A stretch of 64,000 bases of DNA from Desulfosudaceae bacterium (GCA_963674745.2 CAXXDV010000001.1:1440001-1504000), one strand, 5' to 3'. Positions 1 through 10,947 are shown, numbered from the stretch's first letter. Notes: generated by a model from the letters alone, not told the origin. Translations and numbers: made by a program.

Positions 1-145
1 GAGAATTGATCATGACACGCCGGTCGGTATCGTTTTTGCCTAAAAAAGGATACAGCGTACCGACACCGAAATCAAAGCCGTCGGTCATGAAAAACACGGC
101 CCACAAAAGCCCCCAGAGAAAAAACCATATGGCTTCCAGACTCAT
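1..145 (-). CDS. cydB: Cytochrome bd ubiquinol oxidase subunit II, 5' part (runs off window)
   Basis: Hand translation from ATG at 145: MSLEAIWFFLWGLLWAVFFMTDGFDFGVG (CydB DGFDxGVG motif); ATGA overlap with cydA stop; not in ORF track. Confidence 0.9.
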   Translation of the reverse strand, partial: MSLEAIWFFLWGLLWAVFFMTDGFDFGVGTLYPFLGKNDTDRRVMINS

Positions 146-1461
146 ATCACACCTCCCTCGGCCACAGGCCCTTTTTTGGCGTTTTGCCAGATCAGGAAAA
201 TACCGGCCATCCCCAACAGGCCATATACAACAACAAATCCGATCAGAGAGGTCAGTACCTGTCCACCGGAGATTACCGGAGATACCGCCTGCGATGTTTT
301 CATGATGCCATATACGATCCACGGCTGACGCCCCACTTCGGCCACGATCCAGCCGAGCTGCACGGCCGCATAGGGCAGCGGCAGAGACAAGAGCATGATC
401 AGCAGGTACCACCGGTTTTCCAGCAGTCGGTTTCGGAGAAAAACGCCCGCTAACGTGGCCAGGCAGAAATAAAAGCCAAGACCGACCATTAACTTAAAGG
501 CCGTGTAGGTCACCAGCACCGGCGGCCTTTCATCTTTGGGAAATTCCTTCAACCCTTTAACTTCGCTGGTAAAATCATGGTATGCCATAAGGCTCAGGCC
601 CCATGGGATTTTTCCGATTTCGATGATGTTGCGTTCATTTTTATCATCCGGCAGGGCAAACAGGTAAAGCGGAGCGGGGGCTGATGTCTCCCAGTGCGCG
701 TCTAAAGCGGCCATTTTGGCGGGCTGGCTGTGGGCCAGGTCCGCGCCGTGCATGTGCCCTTCAATCACTTCAACAAAAGAAAACACCAGGCCGAAGATCA
801 GGGCGATTTTGAATGAACGGGTAAATACCTCCACGTGCTGCTTTTTCAGTAGATGATAAGCGCTGATGCCCATCACGAAAAAAGCACTTAAAATATAAGC
901 GGCACTGAGGGTATGGACGATTTCCAGAATGGCGAAGCGCTGGGTGATGATTGCCAGAAAGTCGGCCAGCTCGGCCCGGCCGTTGCGCATGACGTAACCG
1001 ACCGGATGCTGCATCCAGGCGTTGGCGATCAGAATCCAGAAGGCGGAAAACGTGCCGGCCAGGGCGACCAGCCACATGACCGCGGCATGCGCTTTGGCTG
1101 AAAGCTTTTTCCAGCCGAAAATCCAGACACCGATCAGAACCGACTCCAGAAAAAACGCCACAGATGCTTCGATGGCCAGAAGCGAGCCGAAGATATCGCC
1201 CACAAAGGCCGAATAGTTGGACCAGTTGGTCCCGAATTGAAATTCCAGCGTAATACCGGTTACAACGCCCAGGGCAAAATTGATCAGAAACAGTTTGCCC
1301 CAGAAGCGGGTCATGACAAGCCATGTTTTGTCTCCGGTCCTGGCATACCGGGTTTCCATCCAGGCGATCATGAGTGCCAGTCCCAGGGTCAGCGGAACAA
1401 AGATAAAGTGGAACATGGTCGCAGCGGCAAATTGAAGCCGGGACAAAATAAGCGGATCCAT
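142..1461 (-). CDS. cydA: Cytochrome bd ubiquinol oxidase subunit I
   Basis: SRLQFA..FHFIFVPLT, EFQFGTNW and EVGRQPW motifs. Confidence 0.97.
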   Translation of the reverse strand: MDPLILSRLQFAAATMFHFIFVPLTLGLALMIAWMETRYARTGDKTWLVMTRFWGKLFLINFALGVVTGITLEFQFGTNWSNYSAFVGDIFGSLLAIEASVAFFLESVLIGVWIFGWKKLSAKAHAAVMWLVALAGTFSAFWILIANAWMQHPVGYVMRNGRAELADFLAIITQRFAILEIVHTLSAAYILSAFFVMGISAYHLLKKQHVEVFTRSFKIALIFGLVFSFVEVIEGHMHGADLAHSQPAKMAALDAHWETSAPAPLYLFALPDDKNERNIIEIGKIPWGLSLMAYHDFTSEVKGLKEFPKDERPPVLVTYTAFKLMVGLGFYFCLATLAGVFLRNRLLENRWYLLIMLLSLPLPYAAVQLGWIVAEVGRQPWIVYGIMKTSQAVSPVISGGQVLTSLIGFVVVYGLLGMAGIFLIWQNAKKGPVAEGGVI

Positions 1462-1521
1462 TGCTTTCCCCCCCTTTAAGGTTTAATATCGGCCGGATTA
1501 TTCCAAGCTGTCAAGCGGTTG

Positions 1522-1956
1522 TCATTTTATTTTAGCAGCCAGTTCCTTACAGAAATTCGGGATTGATTTAGAGGCTATTTTCGAAGTCCCTGATGAAACC
1601 ATCAACGGTTCTCTGATCGTATCCATCCGAAAAACAAAAGTTATCGTATCATGAATGCGTTTCGGTGCTTCCCCGCTCCACCCATAAGCGCCGAAGGTAG
1701 CGCCCGCTTTTCCGTTCAGTTCCGATTTTTCGGCCATAAGCAGTACGTCTTTCATGCTTTCGGTCATTTCCCCGAAATATGTGGGTGAGCCGAATACATA
1801 CGCATCGTAGCCGAATAAACCTCTTGTTGTTTTGATATCACTTGCCTCAACGATCTTAACGTCCATGTTTAAAGACCGCAGCTCTTCAGCGATCAGTTCT
1901 GCGAGTTTAAGCGTCTCGCCGCCTTTAGTGGCATAAACAACGATTACTTTGGGCAT
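1522..1956 (-). CDS. Flavodoxin domain protein
   Basis: YATKGGET, GSPTYFG, FGAYGWSGEA; paralog of the adjacent gene. Confidence 0.88.
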   Translation of the reverse strand: MPKVIVVYATKGGETLKLAELIAEELRSLNMDVKIVEASDIKTTRGLFGYDAYVFGSPTYFGEMTESMKDVLLMAEKSELNGKAGATFGAYGWSGEAPKRIHDTITFVFRMDTIREPLMVSSGTSKIASKSIPNFCKELAAKIK

Positions 1957-2025
1957 GTTTTCTTTCCGGTTTGATTTAATCCATAGAACGCAAAAAAAGG
2001 TGTTCCCGGGTTTTGTGGCCGCATG

Positions 2026-2460
2026 TCAGCTTATTTTGACGGCGATTTCACGGCCGTAATCCTGGGCCATTTTAAGGCCGCCCTGCAAAGAACTGGATTT
2101 AAGCATTAACGGATTTTCTGTCATGTCCATGCCAAAAATATTTTTCATGGTTTCGTAAATTCGTTCCGGCGCTTCACCGCTCCATCCAAAGGCCCCGAAA
2201 GCGCCCCCTGCCTTGCCGGTCAGTTCGGCTTTTTCCGCTAAAAACAAAAATGTTTTCATGCTGTTGGTCATTTCTCCGTGATAGGTCGGTGAACCAAATA
2301 TGTAAGCGTCATATCCGGCCAGGTCACTTTCTTTTTTAAAATCTTTGGCATCGGCCAGTGTCACGTCAACAGCTGAAAAGCGCAGTCCTTCGGCGATCAG
2401 TTCGGCAATTTTCAGGGTTTCTTCTTTTCTGGTGGTATATACAATCAATGCTTTGGGCAT
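2026..2460 (-). CDS. Flavodoxin domain protein
   Basis: GSPTYHG, FGAFGWSGEA; start set at MPKAL (2460) by GAGGAG RBS and similarity to paralog. Confidence 0.9.
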   Translation of the reverse strand: MPKALIVYTTRKEETLKIAELIAEGLRFSAVDVTLADAKDFKKESDLAGYDAYIFGSPTYHGEMTNSMKTFLFLAEKAELTGKAGGAFGAFGWSGEAPERIYETMKNIFGMDMTENPLMLKSSSLQGGLKMAQDYGREIAVKIS

Positions 2461-2590
2461 GGACCGGCTCCTCTTCAAAAGGTGTCTGTACAGGTGTTGT
2501 CAGGCAGGGATGCAGAATCGGTGTTAATATGAACGGGTATCGACCCTGCACCCCTTAACCAAATTTTAATTAAAAAAATAAGTATTTACA

Positions 2591-2965
2591 TCAGGCTTTC
2601 CACAAACCGTGGAGGTTGCAGTATTCACGGGCCGTGACCTGCGAGGCGGTGGTTTTGAACTCCGCTTCAGGCGCGTCGCCCGGTTTTAAGAACTGGATAC
2701 AGCTTTTACCATCGGCAATCAGCTCAATCCACTGGATGAAATGTTTTTCTTCCATGGGGTGGGCCACATCGCCGACTTTAACTTTGACACCGTCAGCGGT
2801 TTTTTCAATTACAGGAACATGTTTTTCTTTGGCGGCGTCCACGGTATTCTCTGTCAACAGAGTCATGTCCTGTCCGCAGCAGACCAGGGTGCCGTCGCTG
2901 CCATGAAGCACCTCAACGATGTTTCCGCACAATTCGCATTTGTAAATCTGAAATCTTTCAGCCAT
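2591..2965 (-). CDS. dfx: Desulfoferrodoxin (2Fe superoxide reductase)
   Basis: CELCGN..CCG desulforedoxin domain, EKHVP, HPMEEKH, CNLHGLW. Confidence 0.96.
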   Translation of the reverse strand: MAERFQIYKCELCGNIVEVLHGSDGTLVCCGQDMTLLTENTVDAAKEKHVPVIEKTADGVKVKVGDVAHPMEEKHFIQWIELIADGKSCIQFLKPGDAPEAEFKTTASQVTAREYCNLHGLWKA

Positions 2966-3126
2966 TTTTCCTCCTCCTAAATTTTTGATAGGTTAAATTA
3001 AGGGTGTTTTCGATTCACTTGACCCCTTGGTCCCTTGAATCCTTGAACCCTTAAAAATATGTATAGAGTGTTAACAGTTGCCCTGTTGATTTGGGCCTTA
3101 AGCTGGAGATAAACCAAAATTAAAAA

Positions 3127-3702
3127 TTACCAGTTTTCACCCAGCAGTTCAAAATGGGCCTGGGGATGGGCACAGGCAGGGCACATTTCAGGGGCTCCCG
3201 CACCTTCATGCAGATAACCACAGTTGCGGCAACGCCAGACCGTGGGTTCATCCCGCTTAAAAACAACGCCTTTTTCAATATTTGCGGCCAGGTCACGGTA
3301 TCGTTTTTCATGCTGCTTTTCAGCCACGGAAATTTTTTCAAAAACAATGGCAACATCTTCGAACCCTTCTTCCCGGGCAATTTTTGCAAATTCCGGATAC
3401 ATGGTGGTATGTTCGTAGTTTTCACCGGCGGCCGCGGCCTTCAGGTTCTCCAGGGTGGTGCCGATGACACCGGCCGGAAACGCCCCGGTGACTTCAATTT
3501 CACCACCTTCCAGAAACTTGAAAAACCGTTTCGCATGCTCTTTTTCCTGGTTCGCGGTTTCTTCAAAAATATCGGCAATCTGAACATAGCCGTCTTTCCT
3601 GGCCTGTCCGGCAAAATAGGTGTACCGGTTTCTTGCCTGGGATTCGCCGGCAAATGACAGCAGTAAGTTTTTTTCGGTTTGAGTGCCTTTCAGTCTTCCC
3701 AT
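3127..3702 (-). CDS. rbr: Rubrerythrin
   Basis: FAGESQARNRY, EKEHAK, EKQHE; C-terminal rubredoxin CRNCGY..CPACAH. Confidence 0.96.
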   Translation of the reverse strand: MGRLKGTQTEKNLLLSFAGESQARNRYTYFAGQARKDGYVQIADIFEETANQEKEHAKRFFKFLEGGEIEVTGAFPAGVIGTTLENLKAAAAGENYEHTTMYPEFAKIAREEGFEDVAIVFEKISVAEKQHEKRYRDLAANIEKGVVFKRDEPTVWRCRNCGYLHEGAGAPEMCPACAHPQAHFELLGENW

Positions 3703-3764
3703 TTTTCCTCCTTTTTAGGTTACAGCGTTTTTAGTGTGAAATTACGAATAAAAGCGCAGGAGAA

Positions 3765-3968
3765 CTATTCCTGCCACCAGCCTTTTTTGATGTGTTCCTG
3801 TTTTTCTTCCTCTGCCAGTTTGCGGATCCGGTAAGCCGAATCAAGCATTATGCCATACAGGACACCGCAGCCGGAGTCTTCCCGCTCGGCGTCGCCCTGG
3901 GTGGCCAGAGAGATTAACTGGTTCGCAATTTCGATTGTTTTTTTTATGTTTTGATCACAGGGTTTCAA
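3765..3968 (-). CDS. Small hypothetical protein
   Basis: 67-aa ORF co-oriented upstream of rbr. Confidence 0.7.
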   Translation of the reverse strand: MKPCDQNIKKTIEIANQLISLATQGDAEREDSGCGVLYGIMLDSAYRIRKLAEEEKQEHIKKGWWQE

Positions 3969-4138
3969 TTTATTCTTAAGCCTGCTGGTAAGTTATCTCT
4001 ATATTATTCAACTTGCGTGCCAAACAGCCTCGCCTTGAGGAAAAAAATATATACTTTGGATTCAGTTAGTTGGAGAAATAGAACAGCCGTTCTTTTAAAA
4101 CGCGTTTGTCGCTGAACAAAACCTGAAACAGTTTTGTA

Positions 4139-4966
4139 TCAGGCAGCCGGCTCGCACAGTAACTGCCGCAGCCGCTCACTTAAAAACATAATGGATTCGA
4201 TATCCAGGTGTTCGGTAATGGTTTCGTCAAAAAGCAGCCGGGCCTCGGCCTCAAACCCGTCCGCCGCTTCTTCGTCCCAGAACATCAGCATCAGCGGCAC
4301 CCGGGGAAGTGCCTGAAAATAGAGGGCTGCGTCGGCTGATTCGCTCTCGGCTGTCCTGTCCAGCCCCCCCAGGCTGGCGGCCGCGTCAAGCAGTTGACCG
4401 ACGTTTCCTTTAAAGGCTTTTTTGAGTGGCTCTTCCACATGGCTTTTCATGGATTTTATTTTCGAAACCGTGTTGGGAAACTCCACCAGGCCCTTCCATT
4501 TACCGGTGGGCTCAACCTTGCCGCCCTGGGCCATATGATTGAGAATAAACACCTGTTCCCAGCGGGTGAGCGGGGTCCCGTCAGGGTGGGTGACGTCATC
4601 CCGGGTGATCAGAATAAAGTCATTAAAATAAGGCAACTCAAGAGCCGGTTGACCGTTTTTTACCAACAACCGCCCGCCGATGCGTTCCGGCAGGTCCCGG
4701 ATGTCCATGGAGGCTGAGCGCTGTTTCGCCCAATTCAAGGCGTCTTCGGCCATGTCCCGTTTTGTCCATTTTCCGGCAGCATATTGCGCCTGCAGTTCGT
4801 TCTGGCAGGCGGCCACTGTTTCGGGTGACAGATAGGGACACTTGTCCAGGGGGAGCTGTTCCGAAACCACCATGCTGGCGAAAGCCAGGCAGGTTGTAAA
4901 GCCGCAATCACCGCAATTGGTCTTGGGCAATACATTTTTATACAGGTCAAGGGCGGAAAGCGGCAT
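4139..4966 (-). CDS. Fe-S binding domain + DUF3786-like protein
   Basis: LPKTNCGDCGFTTCLAFA..CPY N-terminus; ALPRVPL..FW..LLFD C-terminus. Confidence 0.8.
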   Translation of the reverse strand: MPLSALDLYKNVLPKTNCGDCGFTTCLAFASMVVSEQLPLDKCPYLSPETVAACQNELQAQYAAGKWTKRDMAEDALNWAKQRSASMDIRDLPERIGGRLLVKNGQPALELPYFNDFILITRDDVTHPDGTPLTRWEQVFILNHMAQGGKVEPTGKWKGLVEFPNTVSKIKSMKSHVEEPLKKAFKGNVGQLLDAAASLGGLDRTAESESADAALYFQALPRVPLMLMFWDEEAADGFEAEARLLFDETITEHLDIESIMFLSERLRQLLCEPAA

Positions 4967-4984
4967 TGTCGCGACTCCGGAACG

Positions 4985-6211
4985 TTACCATCGCTTGTTT
5001 TCCAGATAATCAATGTTTTCTTGGATCGTTTTTGTCTGAGGATGGTCGTCCCCCAGGGCAATCCTGTATACCTTCAGTGCTTTTTTAAAGTATTCAATGG
5101 CCCGGTCCTTATCACCTTTTCCATGATAGGCGTAAGCCAGGTTATTATAAGAGGTTGCCACATTGAGGTGATTCTGTCCCAGGGTGTCAAGGCAGATGTT
5201 AAGATCTTTGGTGTAATATTCAATGGCCCGGTCAAAATCGCCTTTTTCCCGATAGGCTTCGCCCAGGTTATTGTAAGTCGTGGCCACATCAGGATGGCTT
5301 TCCCCCAGGGCTTGAATCTGGATTTTCCAGGCGCTCATGTAAGCTTCAATGGCCTGATCATATTCGCCGTCGCGGTGCAGGGCCAGCCCCAGGCGATTGT
5401 AGGCGGCAGCTATATCAGGATCATTCTTGTCCGGGCTTTGGCGATCAATATCAAGCGCTTTTTGATAGTATACGACGGCCCGGTCATATCTTTTTTTGTT
5501 GGAATACAGGCGCCCCAGCCATACATATGCAGGACCGTATTCGGGGTTCAGTTTGACTGTAGTGGCAAGGCAGCCAATAATTTTATTGGCCGTTTCATCC
5601 GACAGTGGCTGCTGTCCGGACAGGTCGAGGGCATTGTTGTACCAGACAACGGCCAACAACATTCTGGTTGTGTTTTGGATAGCATTTTTTAAAGCCGCTT
5701 TTTCTTCTTCCGCAGCCGTTTCAGCATCCCGGTTTTTTTTGATCAGGTTGTTGAACGTTGACAACAGCTCGGTTTCCTGTTTTCGGATTTCCTGATATTG
5801 TTTGATGCGGGCACTGTCATTCAGCAGTTTTGCAACGTCGGTTTCCAGTGTATCCGGATCTACACTGACCCGAACCATGGCCTCGAAAGCAGACCCATCT
5901 TCAGTGACAAAACTTTTTTGGGGAACGATACTGGATTTCATAACACCGGCGGCCAATACCGGAAATTCATCTCTTGAAATCCCCGCCTGGTTTACGACGG
6001 GCAGGCCTTCAATATAATCACCGGCGATAATCAGTGCCGACCGTTTGGCTTTTACGGTGGCAATCACACTGGCATCATCCGAGGACAAACTGCCGCTGAA
6101 CGGCTGGCGGCTTGTGCTTTCAATGGTCCGAATACCGGCTGAGACCGCCGCCGGAAATATCAGGAAAAAAACCAGCAAACCAAAGAGAACAAAATAGATT
6201 GATCTTGCCAT
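4985..6211 (-). CDS. Exported tetratricopeptide repeat protein
   Basis: Signal peptide; 42-aa TPR repeats (HPDVATTYNNLGEAY...). Confidence 0.88.
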   Translation of the reverse strand: MARSIYFVLFGLLVFFLIFPAAVSAGIRTIESTSRQPFSGSLSSDDASVIATVKAKRSALIIAGDYIEGLPVVNQAGISRDEFPVLAAGVMKSSIVPQKSFVTEDGSAFEAMVRVSVDPDTLETDVAKLLNDSARIKQYQEIRKQETELLSTFNNLIKKNRDAETAAEEEKAALKNAIQNTTRMLLAVVWYNNALDLSGQQPLSDETANKIIGCLATTVKLNPEYGPAYVWLGRLYSNKKRYDRAVVYYQKALDIDRQSPDKNDPDIAAAYNRLGLALHRDGEYDQAIEAYMSAWKIQIQALGESHPDVATTYNNLGEAYREKGDFDRAIEYYTKDLNICLDTLGQNHLNVATSYNNLAYAYHGKGDKDRAIEYFKKALKVYRIALGDDHPQTKTIQENIDYLENKRW

Positions 6212-6360
6212 ATTCTGGGATCCTCCTTGTGAATATATCCTATAAACTATATAGTGTTTTAGCGATTACGTCAAGGCTGAGGATGTCTTCAGGCCTTATT
6301 GTCGGGAGCCGGCAATGATAATGAATTATATTCCGGTTTCTCAGGATTGTGGAATTGATG

Positions 6361-6389
6361 TTGACAGAGAACCTTCAGATTATTATATT
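6361..6389 (+). promoter_or_regulatory. Sigma70-type promoter candidate
   Basis: TTGACA-17 nt-TATATT upstream of the 6463 and 6771 genes; Fur/PerR-like AATGATAATGAATTATATT at 6314-6332. Confidence 0.5.
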
Positions 6390-6462
6390 TTTCTTATAAA
6401 TGAATTCGTAAACAATCTTATTGCCTATAACCGTATTTAGGCGTTATCAACAAGGAGGGAAC

Positions 6463-6648
6463 ATGAGCACACCTCAACATTGTCCCGGGTTTGAACAGTT
6501 CAAAAACCTGAAGTCCTTTGTCTGCAACTGCCCCGAGTGCGGCACGGCCAAGGAAATTTTTTCAGACGAGTTCGACAAGCGCCACAAATGTGACAACTGC
6601 GGAAAGGAAATTGATTTTACCCAGTGCAAGCTGGATGCGGGCGCCTGA
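6463..6648 (+). CDS. Small Cys-rich (2x CxxC) metal-binding protein
   Basis: AGGAGG RBS before MSTPQHCPG; CPEC and CDNC motifs. Confidence 0.75.
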   Translation: MSTPQHCPGFEQFKNLKSFVCNCPECGTAKEIFSDEFDKRHKCDNCGKEIDFTQCKLDAGA

Positions 6649-6770
6649 TCCCGGGTGGTTTAAAATTGTCGAAGAGAGATGAAAAAAAATAGCGGTTATT
6701 TTAAAATGAAAGGGTACCTCTAAAAAAAGCCATTTTTAGAGGCGTCCTAAAGAAAGTGGAGATTTGATTA

Positions 6771-7232
6771 ATGAGTGAATATACCTGTCGTTCCATGAAA
6801 GACGTTATTGAGTTTGCAACCAAACGGGAAGAAGAGGCCAGGGATTTTTATCTTCAATGCCGGGACAAGATCAAAAACCAGGGGCTTAAGGACTTTTTTC
6901 AGGAACTGGCCGATGAGGAGCAGAAGCACTTCGACCTGCTGAAGGCACGGGATGTCAGCAACCTTGGAGATTTTGAACCGGCCGAGGTGCAGAACCTGAA
7001 ACTGAGTGATTTCATGGTGGATGTTCATTTTTCTCCGGACATGAATTATCAGGAAGCCCTGACCCTGGCCATGAAAAAAGAGGAAAAGGCCCATAGCTTT
7101 TACGCTGCCTGGCAGAATCGCTGCGGTGATGGTGAAACAGCCAAACTGTTCGAATTTCTGGCCGGTGAAGAGATGAAGCACAAGCGGAAAATAGAAGACG
7201 TCTTTGACGAAGATATTCTGATGTGGAATTGA
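6771..7232 (+). CDS. Ferritin-like/rubrerythrin family protein
   Basis: EEEARDFY, EEQKH, EEKAHSFY, EEMKH di-iron motifs. Confidence 0.9.
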   Translation: MSEYTCRSMKDVIEFATKREEEARDFYLQCRDKIKNQGLKDFFQELADEEQKHFDLLKARDVSNLGDFEPAEVQNLKLSDFMVDVHFSPDMNYQEALTLAMKKEEKAHSFYAAWQNRCGDGETAKLFEFLAGEEMKHKRKIEDVFDEDILMWN

Positions 7233-7310
7233 TCGGTTCGGTGTTTTACCGGCAGATCCGATTTTCACTGATGCTGTTTTTTTTAAATTAATTTTAGCTG
7301 ATCATTCCGG

Positions 7311-7889
7311 ATGGATAATTTTTGGCTGTGCTTTGTGCCGCTGTTCGTAGCGGTGGATGCCATCGGTGTTCTGCCCATGTTCATCTCCCTGACAGAAGAT
7401 GTGGACAGGACAAAAACCAGGCGCGTTGTGCTCCAGTCCGTCATAACGGCTTCCGTCGTTGCCCTGGCTTTTCTGGCCTTCGGTCCCGGTTTGTTGAAAT
7501 TTCTTGGGGTGACAGTACCCGACTTCATGATTGCGGGCGGCATTCTGTTGATTGTCATTTCTTTGAGCGACCTGCTCACTGGTGAAAAAAAACAGCGCCA
7601 GACGGACCCTGAGGGCCTGGGCGCTGTTCCCATCGGTGTCCCCCTGATTACCGGCCCCGGTGTACTGACCACCTGTATTCTGCTAGCCGGGCTTTACGGC
7701 GGACTGGTTACCGCTCTGGCGCTTGTTGTCAACATCGGCATCGCGGGCGTGATTTTTTTGCTGGCCAGACCCATTACCGATATTCTGGGGCAGACCGGAA
7801 CCAAGATCATATCTAAAATCGCCAGTCTGCTGCTGACGGCCATCGCCGTTATGCTGATTCGCAGAGGAATAATGGAAATTATTCCTTAA
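7311..7889 (+). CDS. MarC family membrane protein
   Basis: [30 protein letters not shown]. Confidence 0.9.
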   Translation: MDNFWLCFVPLFVAVDAIGVLPMFISLTEDVDRTKTRRVVLQSVITASVVALAFLAFGPGLLKFLGVTVPDFMIAGGILLIVISLSDLLTGEKKQRQTDPEGLGAVPIGVPLITGPGVLTTCILLAGLYGGLVTALALVVNIGIAGVIFLLARPITDILGQTGTKIISKIASLLLTAIAVMLIRRGIMEIIP

Positions 7890-8520
7890 AAACCAACTTG
7901 CCACCAATATGCCCGGCCACGCCAACAACGCCCAACAGAATAAAATTAATAAGTAAAAACAACCATTTGGGGCCAAGAATGACGACTTCGGGCGACATGA
8001 TCAGCCATGAAAGGATAATCAGTACCAGAATTGTTGCCGCTGCGGCGCAGGTGATTTTGATGATAAAATAGGAGGTCAGGGCGCCGTTGTATTTCAATCG
8101 CCACTCACACCAGCCGGTAAAAATCACTACCGGCAGGGATAAAAACACCACGATCAGGTTCAGGTATGCCGCCTTAGAAAGCAGGGTTGCGTCCAGAAAG
8201 CCGAAAACCACGGCCAGGGACAGAAAAAGAACGGAAACCGGTACCACCCCGTTGGGTACATGAACCGTAATAGGGTGGAGATGGTGCTTGACAATCAGGT
8301 TCTGGGCGGTTCCCATTCCCGATGGTGATGCCGGAGATGCCGGATCGGCCTCGGTCGCCTTCCGGTCGGTTTCTTTTGCAACCGGTTCGGGCGGAGGGGG
8401 ATCCGCCTCATCCGCTACCTCGACAAACTTGCTTTTATCAGCCCCGCAGACCGGGCATGTATCCGGTGGTTCGTCCCCGGTGTGAATGTATCCACAGACA
8501 GTGCATTTCCATTTTTTCAT
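7879..8520 (-). CDS. Rubredoxin-like domain fused to DUF2231-like membrane domain
   Basis: [24 protein letters not shown]...GHIGGKLVF. Confidence 0.85.
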   Translation of the reverse strand: MKKWKCTVCGYIHTGDEPPDTCPVCGADKSKFVEVADEADPPPPEPVAKETDRKATEADPASPASPSGMGTAQNLIVKHHLHPITVHVPNGVVPVSVLFLSLAVVFGFLDATLLSKAAYLNLIVVFLSLPVVIFTGWCEWRLKYNGALTSYFIIKITCAAAATILVLIILSWLIMSPEVVILGPKWLFLLINFILLGVVGVAGHIGGKLVFKE

Positions 8521-8542
8521 AATGTTTTCCCTTTGACGTGCC

Positions 8543-8752
8543 CTATAAATCTACCCACATATCGGCCTCATTACCGCACTGGGTGCACACGGCCGTCCCT
8601 TTTACCTTGACCTCTTCAGCCTTGGCATCATGGACGTGTTCAGCCTTTTTCTTTTCCGCTACCTCGACTTCGGCCAAAGAACAGGTGACTTCCATTTCTG
8701 ATTCATTGCCGCACTTGGTGCATGTACAGACCTGCTTGAATTTTTTGGTCAT
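8543..8752 (-). CDS. Small protein with duplicated CTxCGNE motif
   Basis: [10 protein letters not shown] / [18 protein letters not shown]. Confidence 0.75.
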   Translation of the reverse strand: MTKKFKQVCTCTKCGNESEMEVTCSLAEVEVAEKKKAEHVHDAKAEEVKVKGTAVCTQCGNEADMWVDL

Positions 8753-8896
8753 GGGAATCCTCCATTGTCAGTTGATTGTTCTTTCAGTTGGGCATAGCCC
8801 GTGAAACATAATACAGATGGTGCCTGAAAATTGTCAATAAACGGCTGATGCTTTTAGCCCGGATATTCCATGAATATTATTACAATGAAACAATTA

Positions 8897-9490
8897 TCAC
8901 AAAAAATTATGAAATATTCCGGTCATGGCACCGTGTTCATATAAAATATGAAGGCCAATACCGTATAACACAACCGCGCCGGTAATTTCCGCGTAGCGTT
9001 TCAGCCAGTCGATTTTCCCCGCCCGGCTTCCCAGCGCCAGACCCAACAGCGTAAACAGTCCGGCTGTAAGGCCGATAAAGACCGCCGGGAACCATATGGC
9101 CACACCGATTACGGAGAGACTCAGTCCTACGGCCAAAGCGTCGATACTGGTGGCCACGGAAAGCATCACCAGCCGCCATCCCCGGGTGGGGTCGGCCATG
9201 ATGCCGGATTCCTCGTCCCGGCTGAAAGCCTGTCGCAGCATACCGGTAGCCACCACGGCCAGCAGCAGAAAAGCCGCCCAGTGATCGTAGCGTTCTATCA
9301 GGTCTTTCACGGAAAGCCCTGCGTACCAGCCGATCACCGGCATCATGGCCTGAAACAGGCCGAAATGCCAGGAAAGCCTGAAAAACTGGCGGGCGCTGAC
9401 CTGTTGGATAAAAACCCCCGAGGCGATGGAAACCGCCAGGGCGTCCATGGCCAGTGCAACCGCCAGGCCGATGATGGCAAGTAAACTCAA
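8897..9490 (-). CDS. mntP: Manganese efflux pump MntP family
   Basis: ALAMDALAVS, FGLFQAMMP, ATSIDALAVG. Confidence 0.9.
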   Translation of the reverse strand: MSLLAIIGLAVALAMDALAVSIASGVFIQQVSARQFFRLSWHFGLFQAMMPVIGWYAGLSVKDLIERYDHWAAFLLLAVVATGMLRQAFSRDEESGIMADPTRGWRLVMLSVATSIDALAVGLSLSVIGVAIWFPAVFIGLTAGLFTLLGLALGSRAGKIDWLKRYAEITGAVVLYGIGLHILYEHGAMTGIFHNFL

Positions 9491-9497
9491 AGAACGA

Positions 9498-10358
9498 TTA
9501 TTCCTCGTTGTTTATAAAGGACCGGATCAGCCGCGTTGAATCGGCCGGTTTTTCCATGGGGATCAAGTGTCCGGCGTCTTCAATCAGTTGATATCGACCC
9601 TGGGAGAAACTTTCAGCAGCCTGCTTCAGGTCTATAAAGGCCCTGTTTTCAGAAAGTTCGCCCTCCAGAATAAGGACCGGGCAATTGATTCCCGGCATGA
9701 GCGGCCAGGGATCATAAACCATGGACCCCATAAAGAGCGAGGCCTCGCGTTCGGGATGACAGGCCAGGGTGATGCCGCCGTTATCCGTGTCGGTAAAACC
9801 GTGATGCAGATACATGTCCAGCATTTCATCATCCCAGCGGGCAAACAGGGGTTTGGACTTGAGGTAATCCCGTGCCGCCTGGCGGTCGTCCCAGGCATTG
9901 CGTCGTTTGATGGATTTTCCGGCCAGGGGGTGGTCCTCGACCCGCAGCTGAAGGCTGTAAAGCTGTGACGGCAGAAAAATGGGTTCAAAAAGCACCATTT
10001 TTTCGGCCGTAAGGCCGAATTTTCCCACGGCCAGGGTTATAACGGCACCGCCCATGGAATGACCGACCAATGCCGGTGACTGAATGTCCAGTTGCCGGCA
10101 TAAGCCGGACAGATCTTCGGCGATCTGCAGCCAGCTCAAGCCGCCCTGGTGGGGATCGGCGTGTCGATGGTCGCAGAAATAGGGTATGATGACCCGGTGG
10201 TCGCCGGCGAATTCCCGGGCGATGGGATGCCATATCCAGGGCATGAAGCCGGTGGCATGCAGAAACAACAAGGCCGGGCCGTTATCCCCATAATCAAGGT
10301 ACTCGATTTGTGTATCGCCGATATCGACGGATCGCTGAACCGGCTTTATGTCTGACAT
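9498..10358 (-). CDS. Alpha/beta hydrolase
   Basis: LHATGF, GHSMGG, GHLIPME. Confidence 0.9.
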   Translation of the reverse strand: MSDIKPVQRSVDIGDTQIEYLDYGDNGPALLFLHATGFMPWIWHPIAREFAGDHRVIIPYFCDHRHADPHQGGLSWLQIAEDLSGLCRQLDIQSPALVGHSMGGAVITLAVGKFGLTAEKMVLFEPIFLPSQLYSLQLRVEDHPLAGKSIKRRNAWDDRQAARDYLKSKPLFARWDDEMLDMYLHHGFTDTDNGGITLACHPEREASLFMGSMVYDPWPLMPGINCPVLILEGELSENRAFIDLKQAAESFSQGRYQLIEDAGHLIPMEKPADSTRLIRSFINNEE

Positions 10359-10427
10359 TTTTCCTCCGAACTACCATTTGATACGCTCGTGAAGAGCCAT
10401 ACTCGGGATGGACTTTTTACGAAGCCA

Positions 10428-10883
10428 TCACCATTTTTCCGGATAGCCGATATCTACAAAGGCCGTTTCCATTTTCAATTTGTGGTTTCTCTCCATTTCA
10501 GCCAGTTCAAGAAAAACGGCTTTTTCCGCCTGGCCGTAACAAATGTCCGCCAGCCGGGTATAGGCCTTCATGGCGGCCTCTTCTTTTTTCATGGCCAGGG
10601 CAAAGGCATCTGCCGGCAGCATGTCGGTTGACAGCACCGGCTCGTCAACCGTTTCAGATACACCGTAGTCTCTGGTTTTGTCAAACACGCCGTCTAGGGT
10701 TTCTGTATTGATGAGTTTCTGGAGAAGATCAAAATGCTTCTGTTCTTCTTCGGCCAGCTGGGAAAAAACATCCTTTAAAGAGGGGTTGTCCAGCTTTTTG
10801 GCTGCTTCTAAGTAAAAGTTCCGGGCCTCTACTTCGTTTTTCATGGCGTATTTAATAATCCGCCGGTAGTCGGTCGTTTCCAT
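10428..10883 (-). CDS. Ferritin-like/rubrerythrin family protein
   Basis: EVEARNFY, EEQKH, ERNH; paralog of 6771..7232. Confidence 0.9.
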   Translation of the reverse strand: METTDYRRIIKYAMKNEVEARNFYLEAAKKLDNPSLKDVFSQLAEEEQKHFDLLQKLINTETLDGVFDKTRDYGVSETVDEPVLSTDMLPADAFALAMKKEEAAMKAYTRLADICYGQAEKAVFLELAEMERNHKLKMETAFVDIGYPEKW

Positions 10884-10947
10884 AAAGCACCTTTAATGTG
10901 TTTGTTTGCTATTGTTCTTTTTCGAGCCGGAACTCCTTTGGGGCCGT

